Assembly: GCA_038231135.1 (NCBI GenBank)
Contig: JBBRLX010000001.1
Span: 203,956 to 267,955 of the forward strand
DNA length: 64,000 nt
Direction: 5' to 3'
Origin: Candidatus Eiseniibacteriota bacterium
Lineage (GTDB): Bacteria > Eisenbacteria > RBG-16-71-46
Shown: positions 1 through 8,534 of the stretch, piece after piece
Position numbering within the stretch: the first letter of the stretch is position 1
Layout of the letters: each line of letters starts with the position of its first letter
Translations under genes and position numbers: made by a program
The notes under the pieces: model-generated
Told to the model about the DNA's origin: nothing
Database searches by the model: none
Seen by the model: only the letters and a program-made list of their open reading frames with translations

Positions 1-1
1 C

Positions 2-73
2 GAGACCATCAACCGCGTCGACGATACGCTCACGCTCAAGGGCACGCGGCTGCTGTGGGAGCGCGCGCGCTGA
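2..73 (+). CDS. 3' end of an upstream CDS truncated by the window edge (…ETINRVDDTLTLKGTRLLWERAR*)
   Basis: Open frame from position 2 to TGA 71-73 with GC3-rich codons; overlaps the start of the next gene. Confidence 0.55.
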   Translation, partial: ETINRVDDTLTLKGTRLLWERAR

Positions 74-1893
74 GCGCCGCCCGCGGGCCGCGGCCGCCGG
101 GCACCCTCGCGGTGATCGCACTGCTCGTGGCCTACCTCGCGGCGGCGTGGGGCTTCGCGTTGCCGATGCCGTTCATCAGTGACGACTGGCAGATCCTCGC
201 CCGCGTGCGCACCGCGTCGTTCGGAGCGCTGTGGGGCGGCCAGGATCTGCTGTGGCGCTGGTGGCGGCCGTGGTCGCGCGAGCTGCACTTCTGGTCGCTG
301 TCGCGCCTGTTCGGCCCGCGCGAACCGGCGTTTCACGCCGTGAGTTTCGCGCTGTGGGTCGCGGTGCTCGCGCTGTTCTTCACGCTCGCGCGCCGCGCCG
401 CCGGGCCGCGCGTGGCCGCGATCGCGTGCGCCGGGCTCGCCGCGCTGTCCGCGTGGTCGGGCGCGCTGCTGTGGGCGGCGGGTGTCCAGGATCTGTGGAT
501 GCTCGTGTGGGTGCTGCTCTACCTGCACGCGGTTGCGCGCGGCCGCGCGTGGCTGGCGCTGGTGGCGCTCGCCGGCGCGCTGCTGAGCAAGGAGCTGGCG
601 GCCGTGGCGCCGGGGCTCGGGTTCGCGTGGGCGCTGTGGGTGTCGCGCGCGCGCGCGGCAACGGCGCTGCGCCGCATCGCGCCGCATGCGGCGCTGGTGA
701 CGGTGTGGGTGGTCGTGCATCCCACGTTGCGCGACCGGTTGCTGCATCCGGCCCAGCTCGACGTGGAGCTGCCACGCCGCACCGAATCGCTGGTCACCAC
801 CGCGATGCGCACGCTGGGCACGTTGATCAACCTGCAGTACGCGCCGCATCCCCAGGCGGGATGGGCGGCCGCGATCGTGCCGGCACTGCCCGCGATCGCC
901 GTCGTCGTGGCACTCGGAGCGTGGGCGGCGTTCGCGCGGGGAGCGGCGGGTGGCGGTGCGACCGGGGGTGGCAACGAGGCGACGAGCGGGGGCGCCGCTC
1001 CTGCCCGGGCGCGGCGCGCTCGCCGGAGTGCACAGGCCGACGCGCCGGACGCGCCGGCACCGCCACGACCCGCGATGCTGGGCCTCACGTGGGCGGGGGT
1101 GGGCTGGCTGCCGCTGGTGCTGCCGTCGATCGACTGGCATCCGTATTACACGCTGCTCGGCGCGATGGGGGCATGGCTCGCAATCGGCACCTGGCTGGCG
1201 CGGCGCCCCGCGGTGGCGTCGGTCGCGCTGCTCGCGGTGGCGATGCTGGAGCCGGTGCAGGCCGACACGCCGGTGTGGAGCTTCAGCGCCAGTCTCTACC
1301 AGCGACGCCAGGCGTACTTCGTGGGCCGGCTGCGCGCCGAGTTGCTGCGCATGCATCCCGCGCTGCCGCCACGCTCGCGGCTGTACTTCTCGCGGGTACC
1401 GAACAGCATCGGGCTCGGCTACTCGTGGTTCAGTCCCGCGTTCAGCGTGTGGTACGCGGACTCGACGATCCACGGCGGGTTCTGGTCGTCCTACCGCCCG
1501 CGCGCCGCGGACGGCGCGCCGGACTATTTTTTCCGCTACGACAGCTCAGGGGTGCGGTGGGCGGAGGTGCGCCCGGGTGCGGAGCCGGTGCCAGGCGCGA
1601 TGCGCATGAATTCCCGGTGGCGCGAGGATCACGCCGAGCTGGCCGCGTTGTTCGCGCGCACCGGCGACTGGCCCGGCGCGGCCGGGGAATACGCGAAGCT
1701 GTGGAGCGCCACGCCCGAAAGCATCGCGTACGCCTACGATGCCGGCGTGGCGCACGAGATGGCCGGCGACAGCACGGGCGCGGCACGGGCGTACCGTGCG
1801 GTGGTCGAGTCATCGCGGTCCACGCCCGACGCGCGCACGTTCGCCCGCGCGTTCGGCGCCCGCCGCGCCGCGATCCGGAACGGTCCCCGATGA
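55..1893 (+). CDS. Multi-pass membrane protein, putative GT-C (TMTC/PMT-like) glycosyltransferase with C-terminal TPR-like region
   Basis: PFISDDW acidic pair after TM1, WRP, FHAVS and LLSKE motifs, many hydrophobic segments, helical C-terminus; exact start uncertain. Confidence 0.7.
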   Translation: MGARALSAARGPRPPGTLAVIALLVAYLAAAWGFALPMPFISDDWQILARVRTASFGALWGGQDLLWRWWRPWSRELHFWSLSRLFGPREPAFHAVSFALWVAVLALFFTLARRAAGPRVAAIACAGLAALSAWSGALLWAAGVQDLWMLVWVLLYLHAVARGRAWLALVALAGALLSKELAAVAPGLGFAWALWVSRARAATALRRIAPHAALVTVWVVVHPTLRDRLLHPAQLDVELPRRTESLVTTAMRTLGTLINLQYAPHPQAGWAAAIVPALPAIAVVVALGAWAAFARGAAGGGATGGGNEATSGGAAPARARRARRSAQADAPDAPAPPRPAMLGLTWAGVGWLPLVLPSIDWHPYYTLLGAMGAWLAIGTWLARRPAVASVALLAVAMLEPVQADTPVWSFSASLYQRRQAYFVGRLRAELLRMHPALPPRSRLYFSRVPNSIGLGYSWFSPAFSVWYADSTIHGGFWSSYRPRAADGAPDYFFRYDSSGVRWAEVRPGAEPVPGAMRMNSRWREDHAELAALFARTGDWPGAAGEYAKLWSATPESIAYAYDAGVAHEMAGDSTGAARAYRAVVESSRSTPDARTFARAFGARRAAIRNGPR

Positions 1894-3740
1894 CGCCGCG
1901 GCCACGACAGCGTCCGCCCGTCGCGCCCGTCGCGCCACGGTCGCGCCATGGATCCGGCGCGGTGTCGCTCGCGCTCGCCGGCGGCATCCTGCTCGTGCAC
2001 TGGCTGCACGCGTTGCGCGTGCCGTTCATCAACGACGACTACGTGTTCCTGGACATGGTGCGCGACCGGGCGTTCGCGTCGCTGTGGGGAACGTCGCGGC
2101 TGATGTTCGGGTGGTGGCGGCCGGTGTCACGCGAGTTCCACTACTGGGCGCTCGAACGCACGATCGGCGCGCGCGAGCTGCCGTTCCATGTCGCGAGCCT
2201 GCTGCTGGCGCTCGCGGTGCTCGCCGTCTACTACCGCCTCGCCCGCCGCCTCGCCGGCGCGCGTGCCGCGGCGATCGCATCGGCGGGGGTGGCGGTGATG
2301 GCGGCGTGGGCCGTGCCGATGGTGTGGGTCGCCGGCGCCCAGGAGTTGTGGATGCTGCTGTTCGCGCTGCTGTGTATCGACGCGTTCGCGTTCGGCAGCG
2401 TGTGGATCGCGGCGCCGGCGCTGGCGGTGGCGCTGCTGAGCAAGGAGACCGCGGCCGTGGTGCCGGGCATCGCACTCGCCGTCGCCATCGCGACCCGCCG
2501 GTTCGCGCCGCGTGCCACGCTGCTGCGCGTGCTGCCGCTCGCGGCCGTGACCGTGGCGTGGGCGCTGGTGCATCCGGCGGTGCGGGCAATGCTGACGGGT
2601 GTCGCGCATGGAGCGGGTTCCGCGGACGGCACCACGGTGACCTCACCGGCGGCGATCGTGCTGCACACCCTGCGCGTCCCCGTGAACCTCGACCAGCCGC
2701 CGGCGCCGGATCACGGCTGGATGAGCGTGCTGGTGCGGGCCGCGCCATCGATCGTGCTCGTGGTGCTCGCTGTGGTGTGGGCGTTCCGGAACGAACGGCG
2801 GGAGGGCGGCGGATCGCCCGCGGCCGGCGCGGGCACCGGCGTGCCGGCACTCGCCCTGGTGCCAAGGTCCCGCGCGGCGGACATCGTATCGCCCGCGAGT
2901 ACGGACCCGCGGCCCCTCGACAGCACGCACCTCGCGGCGTGCACGATCGTGTGGGCCCTGCTCGGCTGGCTGCCGGTGCTGTGGCCCGCGCTCGGCTGGC
3001 ACTCGTACTACACGCTGCTCGGCGCATTCGGCGTTTGGTTGCTGGCGGGTGCTTGGCTCGCGCGCGAGCGCTCGGTCGCGCTCACGGTGCTGATCGCGCT
3101 CGCGGTGCTGCGCGCCGGCCAGGCGGCGACGCCGTCGCTCGACTGGGGCACCGAGTGGTATCAGAACCGCGCCGCCGCGTTCGTGCAGTTCCTGCGCGCC
3201 GACCTGCTGCAGCGCGAGCCCCGGCCCGCACCGCACTCACGGTTGTTCTTCGGAGGTGTGCCGAGCAACGTGGGGTTCCTCACCGCGGGCGCTCCGGCGC
3301 TGCGCGTGTGGTACGGCGACAGCACGCTGTCGGGCGGCTACATGTCGCAATACGCCGCGCGCGGCGCCGGCGCCGCGCCCGGACCGGACCGGTTCTTCCG
3401 TTACGACAGCACCGCCGGCTGGGTGGAGCTGCGCACCCTAGACGAGCCGGCCGCGGCGCGCGCAGAGAATCCGCGCTGGGAGGCGGATCACCGCGAACTC
3501 GCGGCGGTGTTCGCCCGCGCGCGCGACTGGACGGCCGCGGCGCACGAATACGCAAGGCTTGCGACCGCGGCGGACGCGCCGCTGAAATCCGCGACCGATG
3601 CTGGCGTATGCTTCGCGATGGCGGGCGATTCGACCGCCGCCGCCCGCTGGTTCGCCCTCGCGGCGCGCCAGCCGGGTGCCGATGACGAGGTGAAGGCGTT
3701 CGCGCGGCGTTTCGCGCATCATCTGAGCGCCGTGCCCTAG
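1890..3740 (+). CDS. Tandem paralog of the preceding GT-C/TPR-like membrane protein
   Basis: ATGA overlap at 1890-1893; PFINDDY, WWRPVSRE, LLSKE, WHSYYTLLGA and FFRYDS match the first copy. The real protein is the C-terminal part of ORF 231..3740. Confidence 0.75.
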   Translation: MTPRPRQRPPVAPVAPRSRHGSGAVSLALAGGILLVHWLHALRVPFINDDYVFLDMVRDRAFASLWGTSRLMFGWWRPVSREFHYWALERTIGARELPFHVASLLLALAVLAVYYRLARRLAGARAAAIASAGVAVMAAWAVPMVWVAGAQELWMLLFALLCIDAFAFGSVWIAAPALAVALLSKETAAVVPGIALAVAIATRRFAPRATLLRVLPLAAVTVAWALVHPAVRAMLTGVAHGAGSADGTTVTSPAAIVLHTLRVPVNLDQPPAPDHGWMSVLVRAAPSIVLVVLAVVWAFRNERREGGGSPAAGAGTGVPALALVPRSRAADIVSPASTDPRPLDSTHLAACTIVWALLGWLPVLWPALGWHSYYTLLGAFGVWLLAGAWLARERSVALTVLIALAVLRAGQAATPSLDWGTEWYQNRAAAFVQFLRADLLQREPRPAPHSRLFFGGVPSNVGFLTAGAPALRVWYGDSTLSGGYMSQYAARGAGAAPGPDRFFRYDSTAGWVELRTLDEPAAARAENPRWEADHRELAAVFARARDWTAAAHEYARLATAADAPLKSATDAGVCFAMAGDSTAAARWFALAARQPGADDEVKAFARRFAHHLSAVP

Positions 3741-3805
3741 GTCACTGCAATGCAGCCAGTTGGACGAGTGCGGGTCGCGGGCCCGCACGCATCAGGGACG
3801 AGCCC

Positions 3806-5404
3806 ATGGGCAAGCTGATCCAGTTCGACGACGAAGCGCGGAATGCCCTGCGCCGGGGCGTGGACAAGCTGGCGGGCGCGGTGCGCGTCACGCTCGGCCC
3901 GCGCGGCCGCAACGTGGTGATCGATCACCGCGACGGCAATCCCACGATCACGAACGATGGACTCACGATCGCGCGCGAGATCGAGCTCGAGAATCCCTTC
4001 GAGAATATGGGCGCCCAGCTCGTCCGCGAGGTCGCGATCAAGACCGGCCAGGTCGCGGGCGACGGCACCACCACCGCGACCGTGCTCGCGCACAGCCTGG
4101 TGTCACGCGGACTGCAGGCGGTGGCCGCCGGCCACAATCCGATGGCCGTGAAGCGCGGCATCGACCACGCCGTGGAGGCGGTGGTCGAGGATCTGCGCCG
4201 CCAGGCGCGCACCGTGAACAACCGCGCCGACCTGCAGCGCGTGGCGCGGGTGAGCGCCGGCGACGACACGATCGGCAACATGGTCGCCGACGCGCTCGAC
4301 CGCGTGGGCGCGAGCGGCGTGATCACGATCGACGAAGGCCGTGGCATGACCGACACGCTCGAGGTGGTGGAAGGCGTGCGGTTCGACCACGGCTACCTGT
4401 CGCCGTACTTCGTCACCGACGCGGAGAGCATGGAGGTGGTGCTCGACAACCCGCTCGTGCTGATCACCGACCTGCGCGTGTCGGCGGCGCAGGAGGTGCT
4501 GGGAGTGCTCGAGCACGCCGCCGCCACGCGCCGTCCGCTGCTGGTGATCGCGGACGACGTCGAGGCCGAGGCGCTTGCCACGCTGGTCGTGAACCGCCTG
4601 CGGGGCACGCTGCACTGCGTGGCCGTGCGTGCGCCCGCGAGCGGCGAGCGGCGCCGCGAGCTGCTGGAGGACCTCGCCGTGCTGACCGGCGCCACGCTGG
4701 TGACCCGCGACATGGGCCGCTCGCTGGAACGGTTCCACGCCCCCGACCTGGGGCGCGCGAAGCGGGTCGTGGTGGATCACGACTCGACCACGATCATCGA
4801 AGGCGGCGGCGACGCCGTGGCGATCCGCGCGCGCGTCGCCGAGCTGGAGCGCGCGCTCACCGGCGCCGGCACCGACCACGACCGCGAGCTGCTCAGGGAA
4901 CGCATCGCGCGCCTCACCGGCGGCGTCGCATTGATCCACGTCGGCGCCGCGAGCGCGCTCGAACTGGCCGAGCGCAAGAACCGGTTCGACGACGCGCTCG
5001 CCGCGACGCGCTCGGCCGTGGAGGAGGGCATGCTCACCGGCGGCGGCGTCGCGCTGCTGCGCGCGCAGAAGTCGCTCGATTCGAGCAAGGCGCGCGGCGA
5101 CGAGAAGATCGGCTACGACATCGTGCGCCTCGCACTCGAGCAGCCCACCCGCCAGATCGCGGAGAACGCCGGCGAGCGCGGCGAGGTCGTGGTGGCGCGC
5201 ACCCGAGAGCAGACCGGCGGATTCGGCTACGACGCGCTGGCCGGCGTGTACTGCGACCTCGACGCCGCGGGGATCGTCGATCCCGCCAAGGTCACGCGCT
5301 GCGCCCTGCAGCACGCCGCGAGCATCGGGACGCTGATGCTCACGACCGACGCGATCGTCGTGGATGCGCCGGGCAAGGATGACGAGGGGGGCGGGGAGGA
5401 GTGA
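3806..5404 (+). CDS. groEL: Chaperonin GroEL (divergent paralog, no adjacent groES)
   Basis: TLGPRGRNV, TITNDG, GDGTTTATVLA, GYLSPYF and GIVDPAKVTR motifs; lacks the GGM tail. Confidence 0.93.
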   Translation: MGKLIQFDDEARNALRRGVDKLAGAVRVTLGPRGRNVVIDHRDGNPTITNDGLTIAREIELENPFENMGAQLVREVAIKTGQVAGDGTTTATVLAHSLVSRGLQAVAAGHNPMAVKRGIDHAVEAVVEDLRRQARTVNNRADLQRVARVSAGDDTIGNMVADALDRVGASGVITIDEGRGMTDTLEVVEGVRFDHGYLSPYFVTDAESMEVVLDNPLVLITDLRVSAAQEVLGVLEHAAATRRPLLVIADDVEAEALATLVVNRLRGTLHCVAVRAPASGERRRELLEDLAVLTGATLVTRDMGRSLERFHAPDLGRAKRVVVDHDSTTIIEGGGDAVAIRARVAELERALTGAGTDHDRELLRERIARLTGGVALIHVGAASALELAERKNRFDDALAATRSAVEEGMLTGGGVALLRAQKSLDSSKARGDEKIGYDIVRLALEQPTRQIAENAGERGEVVVARTREQTGGFGYDALAGVYCDLDAAGIVDPAKVTRCALQHAASIGTLMLTTDAIVVDAPGKDDEGGGEE

Positions 5405-5413
5405 GGGCGTTGT

Positions 5414-6808
5414 TCATGGCGACGCCTTCCCCGAAACGGCCACGCATTCTTGCTGTCCGGGTGTAAACGACTCTCGACGCACGCGATGAGCTGAATTAGA
5501 ACCGAGGAATGCCAGCGCGGCCCGGACTCGCTCGTCGAGCGAAGCGTCGGACATGGTCTCGCAATGCTCCGCCGCGCGTCGTGCCTCCTCGGCGCGGAAG
5601 CCGAGCCGTCGCAGCCAGGGCATCACGTTTCTCTTCGGGTTCATGGCGTCGGCCTTTGCCGCCGCTGCGGCCGCCCGTTGCTGTTCGTCGGCTGCGACTC
5701 TTGCCTCGGCTGCCTGCGCACGTCCCTGCGCCGCTGCTTCCCGGGCGAGTCCCCGCTTGCGGCTCATGAAATCGGCGCCGAACTCGCATTCCGCCGTGTA
5801 CTGGTTGTGCGAGCGGCACCGCAGCCGCATGCCTGCAAGGGTCGCTTCGCCGCCACGCGCCACCGGATCGATGTGATCGAATTCCAGTAGCGATCGCGAG
5901 GGGCAGCGCTTGCCGGTGTCGCTCGTGAACGTGCATTGGCCGTGATCCCGCTGCCACACGGCGCGTTTCACGTGTCGTGGAACGTACCTACGATTCTCGT
6001 TCGCGCATTCCGTATGTGCGCCGCTACGCGTTGCCTTCCTACGCGGCCGCTGGGTCGCCCCGAACTTGCGCCGTTCGAGTTCGTGAACGAGCAGATCCAA
6101 TGCCTGTCCGAGGAGTTCCTCGGCGTCCCGCCCGGTGGTTCGGTGGCTCGCGAGGGACTTGGCATACTGCAACTTGCCGTAGTTGGTCTCACCGATCGTG
6201 CGCCGAAGTTCCTGCGAGCCAGGCTGGCGCCGCGCACATGTCTGAACGGGCCCCGGGGCCTGCTGCGCGAACAACTCCGACTCCAGGGCCAGCCGCCCCG
6301 ACGTCTCAACAGGCTCCGGGGCCTGTTGCGCAGATGTCAACTTAACAGGCCCCGGGGCCTGTTCGGCGCAGGCCGCCGACGTAGCCATTACGGAGGGCGC
6401 AACTCCAGGGAACCGCTGCGCGAGCAGCCGTTCGATCTCGATCCGGGTCTTGTGCCTGGCCGCCGCCAGCAACTCGTCGAGATTCTCGGGCGTGAGATGC
6501 GGCGCCAGCGCGATCACGGAACTGTGGTGCAGATGCTCCGCGGCGAGCTCCAGAAATAGGGCCGGGAACTTCCACGCCGTTCGCGCCACGCGGATGAGCT
6601 TGAAGGCCGGATCCGGCTCCATGTTCATCTCATGCACGCAATAGGAATGCATCGACGGATGCGCCGCCGGCAGGTACAGCCGGCGAGCGTCGAATTCTGC
6701 CAGCCAGGCGAGCGCCTCGGTCGCGTTGCGAGAAACCCGGGCGAACTTCACCGGCAGTCCACGAGCAATGTCACCGTCAGCGAGATGAGTCAGCGAATAC
6801 CAGGTCAT
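5414..6808 (-). CDS. DUF222-like/HNH endonuclease-domain protein with internal palindrome-encoded repeats
   Basis: N-terminal EFDARRLYL..HPSMHSYC; C-terminal VKRAVWQRDHGQC..C..LEFDHIDPVARGG..LRCRSHN HNH motif; terminal LRRLGFRAEEARRA helical (RuvA-C-like) segment. Confidence 0.85.
   Translation of the reverse strand: MTWYSLTHLADGDIARGLPVKFARVSRNATEALAWLAEFDARRLYLPAAHPSMHSYCVHEMNMEPDPAFKLIRVARTAWKFPALFLELAAEHLHHSSVIALAPHLTPENLDELLAAARHKTRIEIERLLAQRFPGVAPSVMATSAACAEQAPGPVKLTSAQQAPEPVETSGRLALESELFAQQAPGPVQTCARRQPGSQELRRTIGETNYGKLQYAKSLASHRTTGRDAEELLGQALDLLVHELERRKFGATQRPRRKATRSGAHTECANENRRYVPRHVKRAVWQRDHGQCTFTSDTGKRCPSRSLLEFDHIDPVARGGEATLAGMRLRCRSHNQYTAECEFGADFMSRKRGLAREAAAQGRAQAAEARVAADEQQRAAAAAAKADAMNPKRNVMPWLRRLGFRAEEARRAAEHCETMSDASLDERVRAALAFLGSNSAHRVRRESFTPGQQECVAVSGKASP
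6245..6363. repeat. Three 20-bp palindromic repeats inside the HNH gene
   Basis: 6245-6264 AACGGGCCCCGGGGCCTGCT; 6308-6327 AACAGGCTCCGGGGCCTGTT; 6344-6363 AACAGGCCCCGGGGCCTGTT (perfect). Periods 63 and 36 nt. Confidence 0.9.
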
Positions 6809-6881
6809 GGGTCGCTCACGAGAATTGGGTGAGCGGGGGCTCTTCAGCTCTCAATTCTAATGGCACCTGATTTCGCGCTCG
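6809..6881 (-). promoter_or_regulatory. Conserved promoter/leader of HNH gene copy 1
   Basis: Minus strand CGAGCGCGAAA-N11-TAGAAT-N13-GCCCCCGCTCACCCAATTCTCGTGAGCGACCC-ATG; near-identical layout at 63423-63493. Confidence 0.75.
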
Positions 6882-7040
6882 AGGATCTCGCGAGAGCGTG
6901 CGGAGTGAAGGGTCGCGAGATATTCGCGTCCGGAGATGATCGAGGCCGCCGCACGTAGCCTGAACGGCGACAGACGCCCAATGCGGCAAGCGCGGTGAGG
7001 CGTCGGTTACCCCAACCCGTGGGTCGTCAAGTTAATTCGA

Positions 7041-7092
7041 TGGTACGGACCGGGCACACTGGTAACAGATCGGACCGGGGATATGGGTTACA
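7041..7092 (-). mobile_element. Orphan IS481-like terminal sequence
   Basis: Minus strand TGTAACCCATATCCCCGGTCCG-ATC-TGTTACCAGTGTGCCCGGTCCG-TACCA: two 22-bp direct repeats with 25-bp period resembling IS481-family ends; no transposase nearby. Confidence 0.6.
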
Positions 7093-7167
7093 GCTCGCGA
7101 GAATCATCCGGGGCGCGAGCATCGTCAGAAGGTCGCCGGGAAAACTGGACGCGGTTTCCAAGAGCCC

Positions 7168-7542
7168 CTATGGCACTATTTGAAGCCCCGCACCGATACG
7201 CGCGAATAGCTCGAGGCAGTGATTCGGGATATATCCAAGAGATTCGCGCTCTTTGTTAAACACCCCATATCCAACGGTTACTCGAGCGCCTCTCGGAAGG
7301 GCGGTGAATCGATCTGCGTGATCTCTGATCAAGCTCGAAAGGGCTTCCATCCGGGCTTCGACGGAGTCTTCCTCGGTTGCGGGTGCTTGAAGTGCCCAGC
7401 CGCCTTCATCATGAACAAGTAGTCCTTCGCAGCGGGCAGGATCGAGTTGAAGAATCTCCGTAATGTATTCCGGGGCGCACTCAAACTCAGAAATTACCAA
7501 CAGGGCGTTGAATTGCGGCTCATCGCGAGTTGGTTCAACCAT
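7168..7542 (-). CDS. Small hypothetical protein, DUF4279-like
   Basis: GGAGG RBS before the ATG; visibly lower GC; LVISEFECAPEYITEILQLDP..W.L..C.ELFARIGAGL pattern resembles DUF4279. Confidence 0.6.
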   Translation of the reverse strand: MVEPTRDEPQFNALLVISEFECAPEYITEILQLDPARCEGLLVHDEGGWALQAPATEEDSVEARMEALSSLIRDHADRFTALPRGARVTVGYGVFNKERESLGYIPNHCLELFARIGAGLQIVP

Positions 7543-7608
7543 CACACCTCCACAACATGCAGGTGATGCGCGATGGACCTCGCGCGGCGATGCGGTCTAC
7601 GCGCCTAT

Positions 7609-8400
7609 TCATCCGAGGTCTGCGCCTTGTTCTGGCAGCCCCAGCGCCCGCGTCTCCGCAAACGCCTCGGCTCGCTCGAGCGTCGACAAATCGCCGATCG
7701 CAAGTGCCGGCACCGGCGTCCCAACATCCCGTCCCAGAACCGCCAGCCCCAGCCAGCGCGCCTCCGCGCCGCTCGCAGGCAACGCATGAGCACTCGTGAT
7801 GCGCCCCAGCTTCGCATCGTCCCGTCGCGCGTCGTAGGGCACAGCAGGCGGCGGCCCCGAACCTTCCACCAGCACCAGCCGCCGCCGCACGCTCTTATAG
7901 GTGACGAGCCGCATCAGCGCCTCCTGGCCGGTGAAGCAGCCCTTGCTTAGATGCACTTCGTGCGCGCGGCCGATCTCGAACGGCGTGAACTCTTCGGCGA
8001 TCTCGTGGCCATGTCGCGCGTGGCCGGCGCGAATTCGCGCGAGATCGTCCACGAACGTCTCGCCCAAAGGTAGCAACGGCGCGTTCGCGTCGCCGGTGCG
8101 GTCTTCGAGGCGCACGTCCTCGCGAAAGATCGAGCGATCGAGGAACGCCATCAACTCGCTGGCGGGCGCATCGTCGCGCAGCAGCCACACCATTCCGGAT
8201 GCATCGCGCTGCACCCACGCGCGGTGCAGCAGCCGGCCGCGGAACTCGCAGAACATCGTGGCGCGACCCTGCCCGGGTTCGAGATCCGACAGGAACTGCG
8301 TCGAGATCCGGTGCAGCAGATCGAGCGAGTCCTTGCCGGGGAGGGCGATGGCGGCGGTCGGGGCGACCGCCCGTGCGGCCGTGTTCGGCAGGGATTCCAT
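7609..8400 (-). CDS. ygfZ: YgfZ/GcvT-like folate-binding protein
   Basis: KGCFTGQE signature; N-terminal G.D..DLLHRISTQ. Confidence 0.85.
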   Translation of the reverse strand: MESLPNTAARAVAPTAAIALPGKDSLDLLHRISTQFLSDLEPGQGRATMFCEFRGRLLHRAWVQRDASGMVWLLRDDAPASELMAFLDRSIFREDVRLEDRTGDANAPLLPLGETFVDDLARIRAGHARHGHEIAEEFTPFEIGRAHEVHLSKGCFTGQEALMRLVTYKSVRRRLVLVEGSGPPPAVPYDARRDDAKLGRITSAHALPASGAEARWLGLAVLGRDVGTPVPALAIGDLSTLERAEAFAETRALGLPEQGADLG

Positions 8401-8534
8401 TCATCGAGGCTAGCCGCGATCGCCGCAGACCCGCAAACAGCTCACGCAATCCCATTCCGGAGCCCATTCCCTCCGAACCACCGCAATCGCGCACGGTTGG
8501 CGGCCTTCGCTCACCCGATGCTAGAGTCGCGCGT

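Noticed and set aside
231..1889. 1169-aa ORF 231..3740 as a single protein
   Set aside because: The first ~550 aa are Arg/Ala-rich off-frame read-through of the first gene; the real paralog starts at the ATGA overlap at 1890.
6245..6363. Canonical CRISPR array within the HNH gene
   Set aside because: Only three 20-bp repeats with unequal spacers (43 and 16 nt), in frame, and no cas genes; reported as a non-canonical repeat instead.
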